Source: Candidatus Methylomirabilis sp.
GTDB lineage: Bacteria; Methylomirabilota; Methylomirabilia; Methylomirabilales; Methylomirabilaceae
DNA: 11,656 bases
Direction: 5' to 3'
Assembly (NCBI GenBank): GCA_041498975.1
Contig: JBGQJI010000078.1
Span: forward strand, 1 to 11,656
Positions 1 through 7,733 of this stretch are shown in pieces. Within the stretch, counting starts at the first letter, position 1. Every line of letters begins with the position of its first letter. The translations under genes were made by a program, and so were the position numbers. The notes beneath the pieces were generated by a model, which saw only the letters and a list, made by a program, of their open reading frames with translations, did not search any database and was not told the origin of the DNA.

Positions 1-98
1 GCATCAAGTTCCGCAGGGCGTGGAATTCCGACGTGGATCGCACAGGGAGCACCTATTCGTATACGCGGACCGAAATGTGGGTGTGGGGCAGCAACTGA
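1..98 (+). CDS. Possible 3' end of an upstream gene, product unknown (partial)
   Basis: Frame starting at base 3 reads IKFRRAWNSDVDRTGSTYSYTRTEMWVWGSN and ends in tandem stops TGA (96-98) and TAG (99-101). Codons are mostly G/C-ending like the real genes. Too short to assign. Confidence 0.35.
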   Translation, partial: IKFRRAWNSDVDRTGSTYSYTRTEMWVWGSN

Positions 99-795
99 TA
101 GGCGCCGTTGTCCTGGGCTTGAGATTCCTGGCGTGTGCGGCCCGCAAGACTGACACGCGCGTGGCGCGCGCGTTGCCCGTGACAAAGCACGCAGTAGGCA
201 CGTAGCGTCAGCGGTTCTCCCCACTCCGCTCGAGAGCGTACTCGCCGAGCCACGGCCGCGGTGCCCCGTGGATGCCTTGAGGCTCATCGGATCGCAGCCC
301 ATGGCGACCTGGATCAGCGCGGTCATCGTCCGCGCTCCGAACCACTGAAGCGTCGGCGCGGCCGTCGAACGGCCTCACCTCCTACGGCCACGCCCGGGGC
401 GGGCTACGGCGCCGCCGCCCGCGGCCGGTAGCACACTCTCGATCAAAATTGTCACCACTGATACGGGCTCTGGCACGCCTGCGGCCGCGGCAGGGTTATT
501 CGGTTGGGAGTGCCGACCGTAATTGGCGAGCGTGCGAAGAACTCTTGAACCTTCCTGAAGCTGACGGCTGACATCCCGGCGAGCGGGAAGTTACCACCCG
601 CCCACGTGGCCATCGCTCATGCCTTGGCCGCAGCCTACCAAACTGGTTCGGCGCGGTTGATTTTTGGAATCGTTCGATCGTCGAGCGGTCACTCACCGAT
701 CAACCGATCCCGAGATATCCTCTTCCTCCTTGTAGGCAACGCTTATCATCAGGTATCTCCTGCGGACGCAGCCGCGAAGGGTGAATTGCTGTGAA

Positions 796-1353
796 TTAGG
801 CACTCCATCCTGCCGGGCGGGCACGATACTCGGCGAAACTTGGAAGCCTCTGGTCCCTTTCCGACACGATCGGGCGAGGCATCGGCCAGGGGATCGACAG
901 ATCGGGGTCAGCCCAGAAGATCCCTCCCTCTGCCGCTGGGTTATAAAATGCGTCTACCTTGTAGAGCACGTCAGCCGGCTCGTCTCCCAGCACGCAAAAG
1001 CCATGGGCAAAGCCTGGTGGAACCCAGAGTACGCGCCCGTTCACGTCGCTCAACTCCACCCCAAGACTCCGCCCGTACGTGGCAGACTCCGGTCGGATAT
1101 CGACAGCCACATCCCAGATCTGACCGCGTATCACCCCGACCAGCTTGCCTTGAGTGGGGTGGTATTGGTAATGGAGCCCGCGCAGCGTCGCGGGTAAGGA
1201 GCGTGAGTGATTGTCTTGAACGAAATTCGTTGGCAGCCCGTTTTCGCGAAAGCGAGCGAGCTGAAACCGCTCTGTCACGAAACCACGGGCATCTCGATGG
1301 ATCACGAGCTCAATCAACACCAAGCCTTCAAGGTCAAGTCGCGTGATATTCAT
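796..1353 (-). CDS. rfbC: dTDP-4-dehydrorhamnose 3,5-epimerase (RmlC/RfbC, cupin fold)
   Basis: 185 aa with RmlC motifs DARGF, QDNHSRS, TLRGLHYQ, QGKLV, DVAVDIR, GFAHGF, YKVDAFY, DPDLSIPWP and SERD; typical length. Confidence 0.96.
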   Translation of the reverse strand: MNITRLDLEGLVLIELVIHRDARGFVTERFQLARFRENGLPTNFVQDNHSRSLPATLRGLHYQYHPTQGKLVGVIRGQIWDVAVDIRPESATYGRSLGVELSDVNGRVLWVPPGFAHGFCVLGDEPADVLYKVDAFYNPAAEGGIFWADPDLSIPWPMPRPIVSERDQRLPSFAEYRARPAGWSA

Positions 1354-1373
1354 GAGGAGTCTTCCTGGGTAGA

Positions 1374-1398
1374 GTCATTCGAAGCAATCGCCGTCCGT
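1374..1398 (-). repeat. Probable internally deleted right-arm remnant of the GTCATTGCG...CGCAATGAC palindromic element
   Basis: Minus strand reads ACGGACGGCGATTGCTTCG-AATGAC. It shares ACGGACGG with the loop region of the 6023-6122 copy, GATTGCTTCG with the 7655-7732 copy, and the terminal AATGAC. Confidence 0.45.
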
Positions 1399-1402
1399 TT
1401 TC

Positions 1403-1556
1403 TTGGGTGTGGATTCTCCCTTCCCCTGGATCTTCCGTCACCCTGATCCTGCCATACGAATTGAAGTCCTCTTCGACCAAGCCCAGGTAGTCGTATTCTT
1501 GTCAGGTCGATACCGGTGTCACGCATGGTCATGGCGAGGTTCGCTTGTGGAAGGAA
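1403..1556 (-). pseudogene. Frameshifted fragment of an unidentified gene upstream of rfbC
   Basis: Coding-like codon usage in one frame (FLPQANLAMTMRDTGIDLT) switches at about 1499 to another frame (EYDYLGLVEEDFNSYGRIRVTEDPGEGRIHTQ) and fades near the repeat remnant. No family assigned. Confidence 0.35.
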
Positions 1557-1584
1557 AGGCTCGCGCAGGGCTAGGTAGGCGGCT

Positions 1585-1614
1585 ACTCTAATCGGGGCCG
1601 TGCTGGATTGTCAA
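1585..1614 (-). promoter_or_regulatory. Sigma70-like promoter facing rfbC
   Basis: Minus strand TTGACA (1614-1609), 18-nt spacer, TAGAGT (1590-1585; TAnnnT), in a divergent intergenic region. Confidence 0.55.
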
Positions 1615-1616
1615 GG

Positions 1617-1639
1617 CTTATGTGACCTTATGTGACCTT
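1617..1639. repeat. Perfect 10-bp tandem direct repeat (CTTATGTGAC x2 + CTT)
   Basis: CTTATGTGAC at 1617-1626 and 1627-1636, then CTT at 1637-1639. Confidence 0.9.
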
Positions 1640-1730
1640 CGAACCTGCCTCACTTGTCCGCACAACCGGACCGCTCCACGCCCTGTTCCACCCAGCGATT
1701 GGACCCTCGTGCATCGAAGTGTCTTCATGA

Positions 1731-1759
1731 TGGACAGGCTGCAGATTTTGTGGTAGGAA
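1731..1759 (+). promoter_or_regulatory. Candidate sigma70-like promoter for the propeller/ABC operon
   Basis: TGGACA (1731-1736), 17-nt spacer ending in TGG (extended -10 TGn), TAGGAA (1754-1759). The -10 lacks the final T, so the call is weak. Confidence 0.3.
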
Positions 1760-1855
1760 ATGCCCGTGTCTTCCTGTGGCGAGACGGTTCAAGGTCGGAT
1801 TGATCAAGACATCAAGGGTTTCGACTACCGACACATCTGGAGCGAGGGAGAGGTA

Positions 1856-2839
1856 ATGCAGACGACACTCCACTGGAATGGACGGTGCCTTGTGGGGCTG
1901 CTGTCCTGGCTCGTTACATTTCTTGCGGGTTTTTGTCCGATCGCTTCGGCTGGCCCGATGGCCTATGTGACCAATGAGAAATCCGATGATGTGTCGGTCA
2001 TTGACACGGCGACGAATAAGGTCGTCCGCACGATCAAGGTGGGTAAGCGACCGAGGGGCGTCGCAATTTCGCCGGACGGGCGGCGCGTGTATATCAGCAA
2101 CGGCAATTCGGACAGCGTCAGCGTCATCGATGTCGAAATCGGGAAGCAGATCGAGGCGTGGCCCGCTGGAGTGGACCCCGAGGGGGTCGCCCTCAGTCCT
2201 GATGGAGCTCGGTTGTTCGCAGTGAACGAGAACGGCGGAACGGTGACCGTCATCGACACGGGCAGAGGGACGACAGTCGCGACCATCGAGGTCCAGGCAG
2301 AGCCCGAATGGATCGCGATCAGCCCGAACGGACAGGTTGCCTATGTCTCGAACGAGACATCGAGCACCATCTCTGTGATCGACACCTCGGCCCTCAAGGT
2401 GGTGGCGACGATTTCCATGCCCAAGAACCCGCGAGGGATCGCCTTCAGCCCTGACGGGAAGCGTGCCTACGTGGCGAGCGAGCAATCTCAACCCGGGATG
2501 CTGTCCGTGATCGACACGGCGAGCCACCAGGTGATCAAGAGCATCCCGGTGGGCGAGCGACCGGTGGGGGTCGTCATCACGCGAGATGGCAGTAGGATCT
2601 ACGTAGCACACGGAAAGAGCAACGCCGTGTACATTATCGATGCTCGGACCATGACGATCACGAGGAAGATTGACGTTGGTCAGCGGGCCTGGTATTTGTC
2701 CTTCACCCCGGACGAGAGCCGCCTATATGTGGCCTGCGGCCGAAGTGACTCGGTTTCGGTGATCGATGTGACGGCCGCCAAGGTGATCGCCACCGTGGCC
2801 GTCGGGAAGATGCCGTTCGCCGTCGCTATCCCGAAATGA
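1856..2839 (+). CDS. Secreted YVTN-type beta-propeller repeat protein, resembling the PQQ-dependent catabolism-associated propeller family
   Basis: About seven ~42-aa repeats of the form (Y/F)V.N..S..VSVID.....V..I.VG..P.G.A.SPDG. Start moved from the track's 1760 to ATG 1856 (purine-rich SD GAGGGAGAGG just upstream, then a hydrophobic signal peptide ending ASA); 327 aa. Confidence 0.88.
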   Translation: MQTTLHWNGRCLVGLLSWLVTFLAGFCPIASAGPMAYVTNEKSDDVSVIDTATNKVVRTIKVGKRPRGVAISPDGRRVYISNGNSDSVSVIDVEIGKQIEAWPAGVDPEGVALSPDGARLFAVNENGGTVTVIDTGRGTTVATIEVQAEPEWIAISPNGQVAYVSNETSSTISVIDTSALKVVATISMPKNPRGIAFSPDGKRAYVASEQSQPGMLSVIDTASHQVIKSIPVGERPVGVVITRDGSRIYVAHGKSNAVYIIDARTMTITRKIDVGQRAWYLSFTPDESRLYVACGRSDSVSVIDVTAAKVIATVAVGKMPFAVAIPK

Positions 2840-2893
2840 CACGCTTACTTCACCCGTGGCAGAAACCGTGGACGCAATGAGGAGGGATCGGTC

Positions 2894-4111
2894 ATGAAGC
2901 GAAGTGTTGGGCGACGATTGATTGGCGCGGCTGCGGTGGGGTTACTACTCGCTGCGGTGGTTGCTTGGGCCGCCACCGATACGATCGTGCTCGGCTCCGC
3001 AATCTCACAGACCGGGAAGTATGCGCGAGAGGGAAAGTTCTACGTGGACGCCTACACCATGACGGTGGACGCCGTCAACAAACAGGGCGGTGTCAAGGTA
3101 GGTGGGAAGACCTACAAGCTTGAGTTGAAGCTGTATGACGACCAGAGCGACCCCAACCTGAGCGTCCGGCTGTTTACCCAACTGGTGACCTCGGACAAGG
3201 TCAATTTCCTCCTGGGTCCCTATACCAGCGGGATCACGATCCCCGCCAGCTCGGTGGCCGAGAAGTACCAGATCCCCATGGTCCAGGGTGGCGGTGCCTC
3301 GGAAAAGATCTTTGACCGGGGATACAAGTACATCTTCGGGACGCTGCCCAGGGCAGAGTTCTACTTCCTGTCGGCCACCCAGGCGGCGGTCAACCTGAAG
3401 CCCCCCATCAAGACGGCGGCCCTTTTGTATTCCAATGAAGCCTTCGATCGGAGCGTGGCCGAGGGATCGCGCCAGTTGCTGAAGGAATACAGGATCGAGA
3501 AGGTCTATGACGAGCAGTATCAGCCTGCCACGCAGGATTTCACCTCAATCCTGGCCGTCATCAAGAGCAAGAATCCCGACTTGATCCTCGTTGCTGGACA
3601 TGCCGAGAATTCGCTGAACTTTATCCGCCAGTCCCAGGCCGCCGACGTGAACCCCAAAATGTGGGTCTTCACGGTGGGTCCGCCCACGGCGGACTTCCGA
3701 CAAGCGTTGGGAAAGGCGGCGGAGCACGCGTATGGGGTGACGCCTTGGCTGCCCGACATGGATATCGGGGGGGAGGTCTTTGCCTCGGCGCGAGAATTCA
3801 GCAAGCAATTCAAGGCGCGGTTCGGCTATGAAGCAGATTACCATGTGGCCTCAGGAGCGGCCGACGTCCTGGTATATAAGTTCGCCATTGAGAAAGCGAA
3901 CTCGCTGGAGCCAACAAAAGTCCGGGACGCCATCGCCAGTCTGGACGTCGAGACGCTTTACGGCAGGGTGAAATTCGAGCCGAATGGCCAGATCGCGTTA
4001 GGGCAGGTGCTCATCCAGATCCAGCAGGGCAAGTTGGTGCCGGTGTACGTCGCGGGGAAGTTTGCGGCCAAGCCGATTTACCCCATGCCAAAGTGGAGTC
4101 AACGGAAATAG
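2894..4111 (+). CDS. Branched-chain amino acid (HAAT/Liv-type) ABC transporter substrate-binding protein
   Basis: 405 aa, signal peptide ending AWA, SD GGAGG. Type I periplasmic binding protein features: G..ISQTG.YA..G, VNKQGGVKVGG, YDDQSDP, LLGPYTSG, DFTSIL..IK..NPD, ETLYGRVKF..NGQ. Confidence 0.92.
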   Translation: MKRSVGRRLIGAAAVGLLLAAVVAWAATDTIVLGSAISQTGKYAREGKFYVDAYTMTVDAVNKQGGVKVGGKTYKLELKLYDDQSDPNLSVRLFTQLVTSDKVNFLLGPYTSGITIPASSVAEKYQIPMVQGGGASEKIFDRGYKYIFGTLPRAEFYFLSATQAAVNLKPPIKTAALLYSNEAFDRSVAEGSRQLLKEYRIEKVYDEQYQPATQDFTSILAVIKSKNPDLILVAGHAENSLNFIRQSQAADVNPKMWVFTVGPPTADFRQALGKAAEHAYGVTPWLPDMDIGGEVFASAREFSKQFKARFGYEADYHVASGAADVLVYKFAIEKANSLEPTKVRDAIASLDVETLYGRVKFEPNGQIALGQVLIQIQQGKLVPVYVAGKFAAKPIYPMPKWSQRK

Positions 4112-4120
4112 GTCGCAAGA

Positions 4121-4160
4121 GAGCAGGGGAGCAGGGGAGCCGAGGGCCAGGCGAGCAGGG
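4121..4160 (+). repeat. Short GAGCAGGG octamer repeats between the binding-protein and permease genes
   Basis: GAGCAGGG at 4121-4128, 4129-4136 and 4153-4160, partial GAGC at 4137-4140. Confidence 0.7.
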
Positions 4161-4184
4161 GCCTCTGCCCCCCAGGTGGGCAAT

Positions 4185-5051
4185 ATGCTGATATTGCAGG
4201 TGTTGATCAACGGCATCTTGCTGGGCGGCCTGTACGGCATCATGGCGCTTGGCATGTCCCTGATCTGGGGCGTCATGAATATCGTCAACCTCGCCCACGG
4301 GGCCCTCATCATGCTTGGGGCCTACATCACGTTCTGGGCCTTCACGCTCTTGGGGTGGGATCCATTCCTGTCCCTACCGGTGACCGTTGCGCTGCTCTTC
4401 GTGTATGGCTACCTCCTTCAACGCTTTGTCCTCAACCTCATTGTGCGGGCCCAACTGTTTATCACGCTGCTGATCACGTTTGGCATCGAAGTGGTGATGA
4501 TCAACCTTGCCCGGATCCTCTGGTCGTCGGACCTCAGGCAGGTCACGCCGGCCTATGCAGGCTCCAACTTTTCGGTGGGCGGCCTCACCGTTCCCTACGT
4601 CCGGCTCTGGGTCTTTGTGACCACCATCGTGCTGTCAGTGCTCTTCCTGTTATTGATGGAGCGGACGCGTCTCGGTCGAGCCATTCGGGCCACGTCCCAG
4701 GAGCTCCGTGCCGCGCGCCTGACGGGAATCCCGGTCGCCCGGATCTACGCGGTGACCTTTGGTTTGGGCGCGGCGTTGGCGGGCGCCGCGGGCACGCTGT
4801 GGGGGATGCTTTTTCCGATCACCCCGACCATGGGAGGGGCGCTCACGCTCAAGTCGTTCGTGGTGGCCGTGCTGGGTGGGCTGGGGACGATGATGGGCCC
4901 GATCGTCGGCGGCCTGGTGCTGGGGCTGGCTGAATCGTTCAGCTCGACCTATGTCGGACCGACATATCCCAACGCAATCAGCTTCGGCCTGCTGGTCTTG
5001 ATCCTCATCTTCAGGCCCACCGGGGTCCTGGGTAGGCGGGAGGGGGGATGA
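4185..5051 (+). CDS. livH: HAAT ABC transporter permease, LivH-like
   Basis: Q.LINGILLGGLYGIMALGMSLIWGVMNIVNLAHG, TRLGRAIRATSQ..AARLTGI and KSFVVAVLGGLG motifs. Start reassigned to ATG 4185 (288 aa) because the track's 4062 start overlaps the upstream gene. Confidence 0.93.
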   Translation: MLILQVLINGILLGGLYGIMALGMSLIWGVMNIVNLAHGALIMLGAYITFWAFTLLGWDPFLSLPVTVALLFVYGYLLQRFVLNLIVRAQLFITLLITFGIEVVMINLARILWSSDLRQVTPAYAGSNFSVGGLTVPYVRLWVFVTTIVLSVLFLLLMERTRLGRAIRATSQELRAARLTGIPVARIYAVTFGLGAALAGAAGTLWGMLFPITPTMGGALTLKSFVVAVLGGLGTMMGPIVGGLVLGLAESFSSTYVGPTYPNAISFGLLVLILIFRPTGVLGRREGG

Positions 5052-6001
5052 GCATAAAGCGCTGGGTTCCGTTGCTAGCTGGCCTGCTGGTGTTGCTGGT
5101 CCTGGGGGCTGCGCCGACCGTGGTGTCCCCCTTCATGCTCCAGTTCCTCATTAACCTGTTCATGCTAGCGGCCCTGGCGGAGAGCTGGAACATCATCGGC
5201 GGGTTCACGGGGTACGCGTCGTTCGGGAACGTCGCGTTCTTCGGGATCGGAGCATACACGACCGGGGTGCTGCTCACGCGAGTGGGGGCCCCGTTTGCGC
5301 TGGCGTTGCCGGCGGGTGGGCTTCTCGCGATGGTGTTCGCCGCGGTTGTGGGGCTCCCCATTCTGCGGTTGAAGGGGCATTATTTCGCCATCGCGACTCT
5401 TGGGGTCGCCGAGACGATGCGGGAGGTGGTCTATAACGTTGAGTTCACGGGAGCGGGGACGGGCTTGGTAATGCCCATCGTCCGCAGCCCCCTGCCGTTC
5501 TTCTATCTGATGCTGGCGATCCTGGCAGCTGTGACGCTGCTCAACTGGTGGTTGTCGGAATCGCGGTTCGGATACGGCCTGATCGCCATCCGCGAGGACG
5601 AGGATGCAGCAGCCGTGATGGGGATCAACACCCCCCTCTACAAGACGATCGCCTTTGCCATGAGCGGACTGTTTGCCGGCCTGGCCGGGGGGGTCTATGC
5701 GTATTGGATCACATTCATCGACCCCGACGCAGTCTTCAAAGTGATCATCACCGTGCAGATGATCATCATGGCGGTTTTCGGCGGCGCGGGGACGGTCTTG
5801 GGGCCGCTCCTGGGGGCGCTGGTGATGGCCTCGGTGTCGGAGTGGCTGTCCACGCATTTGGTGACTCTGGCGGAGCTGTTCAACGGCCTGATCGTCATCC
5901 TGGTCGTGATCTTCATGCCGAAGGGACTGTCCGACCTGATCAGGCACCGCACCTTCTCGCTCCGGTACTTCGTCAAGAACCTCCGGGAACACCGGATCTG
6001 A
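5048..6001 (+). CDS. livM: HAAT ABC transporter permease, LivM-like
   Basis: SWNIIGGFTGYASFGNVAFFGIGAY, LRLKGHYFAIATLG, SRFGYGLIAIREDEDAA..MGIN and FGGAGT..GP.LGA motifs; ATGA overlap with livH. Confidence 0.93.
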   Translation: MSIKRWVPLLAGLLVLLVLGAAPTVVSPFMLQFLINLFMLAALAESWNIIGGFTGYASFGNVAFFGIGAYTTGVLLTRVGAPFALALPAGGLLAMVFAAVVGLPILRLKGHYFAIATLGVAETMREVVYNVEFTGAGTGLVMPIVRSPLPFFYLMLAILAAVTLLNWWLSESRFGYGLIAIREDEDAAAVMGINTPLYKTIAFAMSGLFAGLAGGVYAYWITFIDPDAVFKVIITVQMIIMAVFGGAGTVLGPLLGALVMASVSEWLSTHLVTLAELFNGLIVILVVIFMPKGLSDLIRHRTFSLRYFVKNLREHRI

Positions 6002-6022
6002 TGCAAACCCATTGCATGAAGC

Positions 6023-6122
6023 GTCATTGCGAGGAGCGAGACCCCTCGCCGCTGCTCGGGGCAGGTTGCGCAATCTCGACACGGACGGGATCGCCGCGCT
6101 CCTCTCAGTTGCCCGCAATGAC
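6023..6122. repeat. 100-bp palindromic (REP/RPE-like) element inside the operon
   Basis: Terminal inverted repeats GTCATTGCG (6023-6031) / CGCAATGAC (6114-6122); inner imperfect stem GCAATCTC (6070-6077) / GGGATCGC (6087-6094); similar to the copy at 7655-7732. Confidence 0.85.
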
Positions 6123-6141
6123 ATCAGTGTAAGGGAGAAGC

Positions 6142-6894
6142 ATGGCCATGGAGATCCTGCAAGCGCGCGGCGTAACAAAGCTGTTTGGGGGGTTGGCCGC
6201 CGTGTCCGATGTGAGCTTCCATCTCCGCGAGGGGGAGATCCTCGGGCTCATCGGCCCCAACGGGTCCGGAAAGACCACATTGGTCAATGTTATCACCGGG
6301 ACATTGGGGTATTCGGGCGGGGATGTCCTGTTCCGGGGCAGCTCAATCCGGGAGCTGCCGCCCCATGAAATAGCTCGTCTCGGGATCAGCCGCACCTTCC
6401 AGGTCGTCAAGCCGTTTCACAACCTTACCGTGCTTGAGAATGTGATGGTGGCCGCCCTGTTTGGGTCCCGAGGAGGGTCCAGGGACATCGGGGCGGCTCG
6501 GCAGCAGGCAACGGGAGTCCTGCATTTCGTCGACCTGGCACACCGGGCTCATTCGCCGGCTGAGGGCTTGAATGTGCCCGAGCGAAAGCGGATGGAACTC
6601 GCGAGGGCACTCGCCATGCGGCCCACCATCCTGTTCCTGGACGAAGTCATGGCCGGGTTGAACCCGACCGAGATCGACGCTGCCGTGGACCTGATCAAGC
6701 GGGTAAGGGACCGCGGGATCACTCTGCTCGTTATCGAGCATGTGATGCGGGCGATCCGGAACCTGTCCGATCGGATCATGGTCCTGTTCCATGGAGAGAA
6801 GTTGACCGAGGGCTCGCCCGAAGAGGTGCTCAACCACCCGGAGGTTGTTGCGGCTTACCTTGGACGGCGCTATGCAGAGCAGCCTCATGCTTGA
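6142..6894 (+). CDS. livG: HAAT ABC transporter ATP-binding protein, LivG-like
   Basis: FGGLAAV, Walker A GPNGSGKT, RTFQ, ELARALA, Walker B ILFLDEVMAGLN, IEHVM and V..AYLG; SD AAGGGAG. Confidence 0.94.
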   Translation: MAMEILQARGVTKLFGGLAAVSDVSFHLREGEILGLIGPNGSGKTTLVNVITGTLGYSGGDVLFRGSSIRELPPHEIARLGISRTFQVVKPFHNLTVLENVMVAALFGSRGGSRDIGAARQQATGVLHFVDLAHRAHSPAEGLNVPERKRMELARALAMRPTILFLDEVMAGLNPTEIDAAVDLIKRVRDRGITLLVIEHVMRAIRNLSDRIMVLFHGEKLTEGSPEEVLNHPEVVAAYLGRRYAEQPHA

Positions 6895-7591
6895 AGTCCG
6901 TCAGCTAAGCGCGGGGAATAGAGGGGTCCAGGTTCTCTGGGACGTGAGCTTGTCGGTTCCTGACGGGGAGGTCGTGGCGCTCGTAGGCAGTAACGGCTCT
7001 GGGAAGTCCACGCTCATCAATGCCATCTGTGGGATCATCCGTCCCTTGGCAGGGAGCATCTACCTGAAGGGAGTTAATATCACCGGCTTGACCTCGGAGG
7101 CGATCGTGGCGCGCGGCATCACGCAGGTGCCGGAGGGCAGGCGACTTTTCCCCCAGATGACGGTGCGGGAGAATCTGCTCATGGGGGCCTACTGCCGCCG
7201 GGACTTGGCCGATATCAAGCGAGACCTTGAGGGGATCTACGGGCTGTTCCCGCGGCTCAAGGAGCGAGAGGCGCAGCGTGCAGGAAGCCTGAGTGGCGGC
7301 GAGCAGCAGATGTGTGCCATCGCGCGCGGGCTGATGGCCCGACCCAAGATTCTGATCCTGGATGAACTGTCGCTGGGCCTGGCCCCCATCATGTTGGACG
7401 CCCTGGTGGACATCGTGCGTAAAGTCCACCACGAAGGGACGACTATTCTCTTGGTGGAGCAGGACGTGTCCATCGCGTTCGACTTGGCGACCACTGGTTA
7501 TGTTCTGGAGAATGGCCGCGTCGCGCTATCCGGACCCACCGCGGAGTTGAAAGCCAACCCCCACGTGAAGAAGGCCTACCTGGGATTGTAG
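6887..7591 (+). CDS. livF: HAAT ABC transporter ATP-binding protein, LivF-like
   Basis: Walker A GSNGSGKS, VPEGRRLF, signature LSGGEQQM, Walker B ILILDELSLGLAP, LLVEQ, C-terminal AYLG. Start reassigned to ATG 6887, overlapping the livG stop (234 aa). Confidence 0.94.
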   Translation: MLEVRQLSAGNRGVQVLWDVSLSVPDGEVVALVGSNGSGKSTLINAICGIIRPLAGSIYLKGVNITGLTSEAIVARGITQVPEGRRLFPQMTVRENLLMGAYCRRDLADIKRDLEGIYGLFPRLKEREAQRAGSLSGGEQQMCAIARGLMARPKILILDELSLGLAPIMLDALVDIVRKVHHEGTTILLVEQDVSIAFDLATTGYVLENGRVALSGPTAELKANPHVKKAYLGL

Positions 7592-7654
7592 ACCTTCGTG
7601 AGACTGGAGGTGCACCTGCTCAATTCACAGTAATTGAAGCGCATTAAACGAAGT

Positions 7655-7732
7655 GTCATTGCGAGGGAACGAAGTGACCGAAGCAATCTCAAGAGAGGCG
7701 AGATTGCTTCGCTCCTTTCAGTCGCTCGCAGT
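7655..7732. repeat. Second copy of the palindromic element, right terminus interrupted
   Basis: GTCATTGCGAG at 7655-7665; perfect 12-bp stem CGAAGCAATCTC (7679-7690) / GAGATTGCTTCG (7700-7711); right arm GCTCCTTTCAGTCGCTCGCAGT closely matches GCTCCTCTCAGTTGCCCGCAAT of the first copy. Confidence 0.88.
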
Positions 7733-7733
7733 A

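Noticed and set aside
471..485. Sigma54-like TGGCAC...GC
   Set aside because: GG-N10-GC spacing is present but the -12 element reads CGGC rather than TTGC, and no credible + strand gene follows.
102..495. Short ORFs and GC-rich hairpins (e.g. CCTGC/GCAGG at 478-494) in the left intergenic region
   Set aside because: No recognisable product or RNA family; such hairpins are expected at this GC content.
1800..1815. FNR-like inverted repeat TTGAT-N6-ATCAA
   Set aside because: The canonical FNR box has a 4-nt spacer; this has 6 and lies downstream of the candidate promoter.
1760..1855. N-terminal extension in the ORF track (similarly 4062-4184 and 6845-6886)
   Set aside because: Downstream ATGs have better RBS or translational coupling and match the expected family N-termini.
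1628..2611. 327-aa minus-strand ORF
   Set aside because: Antisense shadow of the beta-propeller gene; Arg/His/Asp-rich composition typical of the reverse frame in GC-rich DNA.
5165..6178. 337-aa minus-strand ORF and similar long overlapping ORFs (6343-6888, 6905-7432, 8968-9534, 9631-10479, 10512-11066)
   Set aside because: All lie opposite well-supported genes and have no recognisable motifs.
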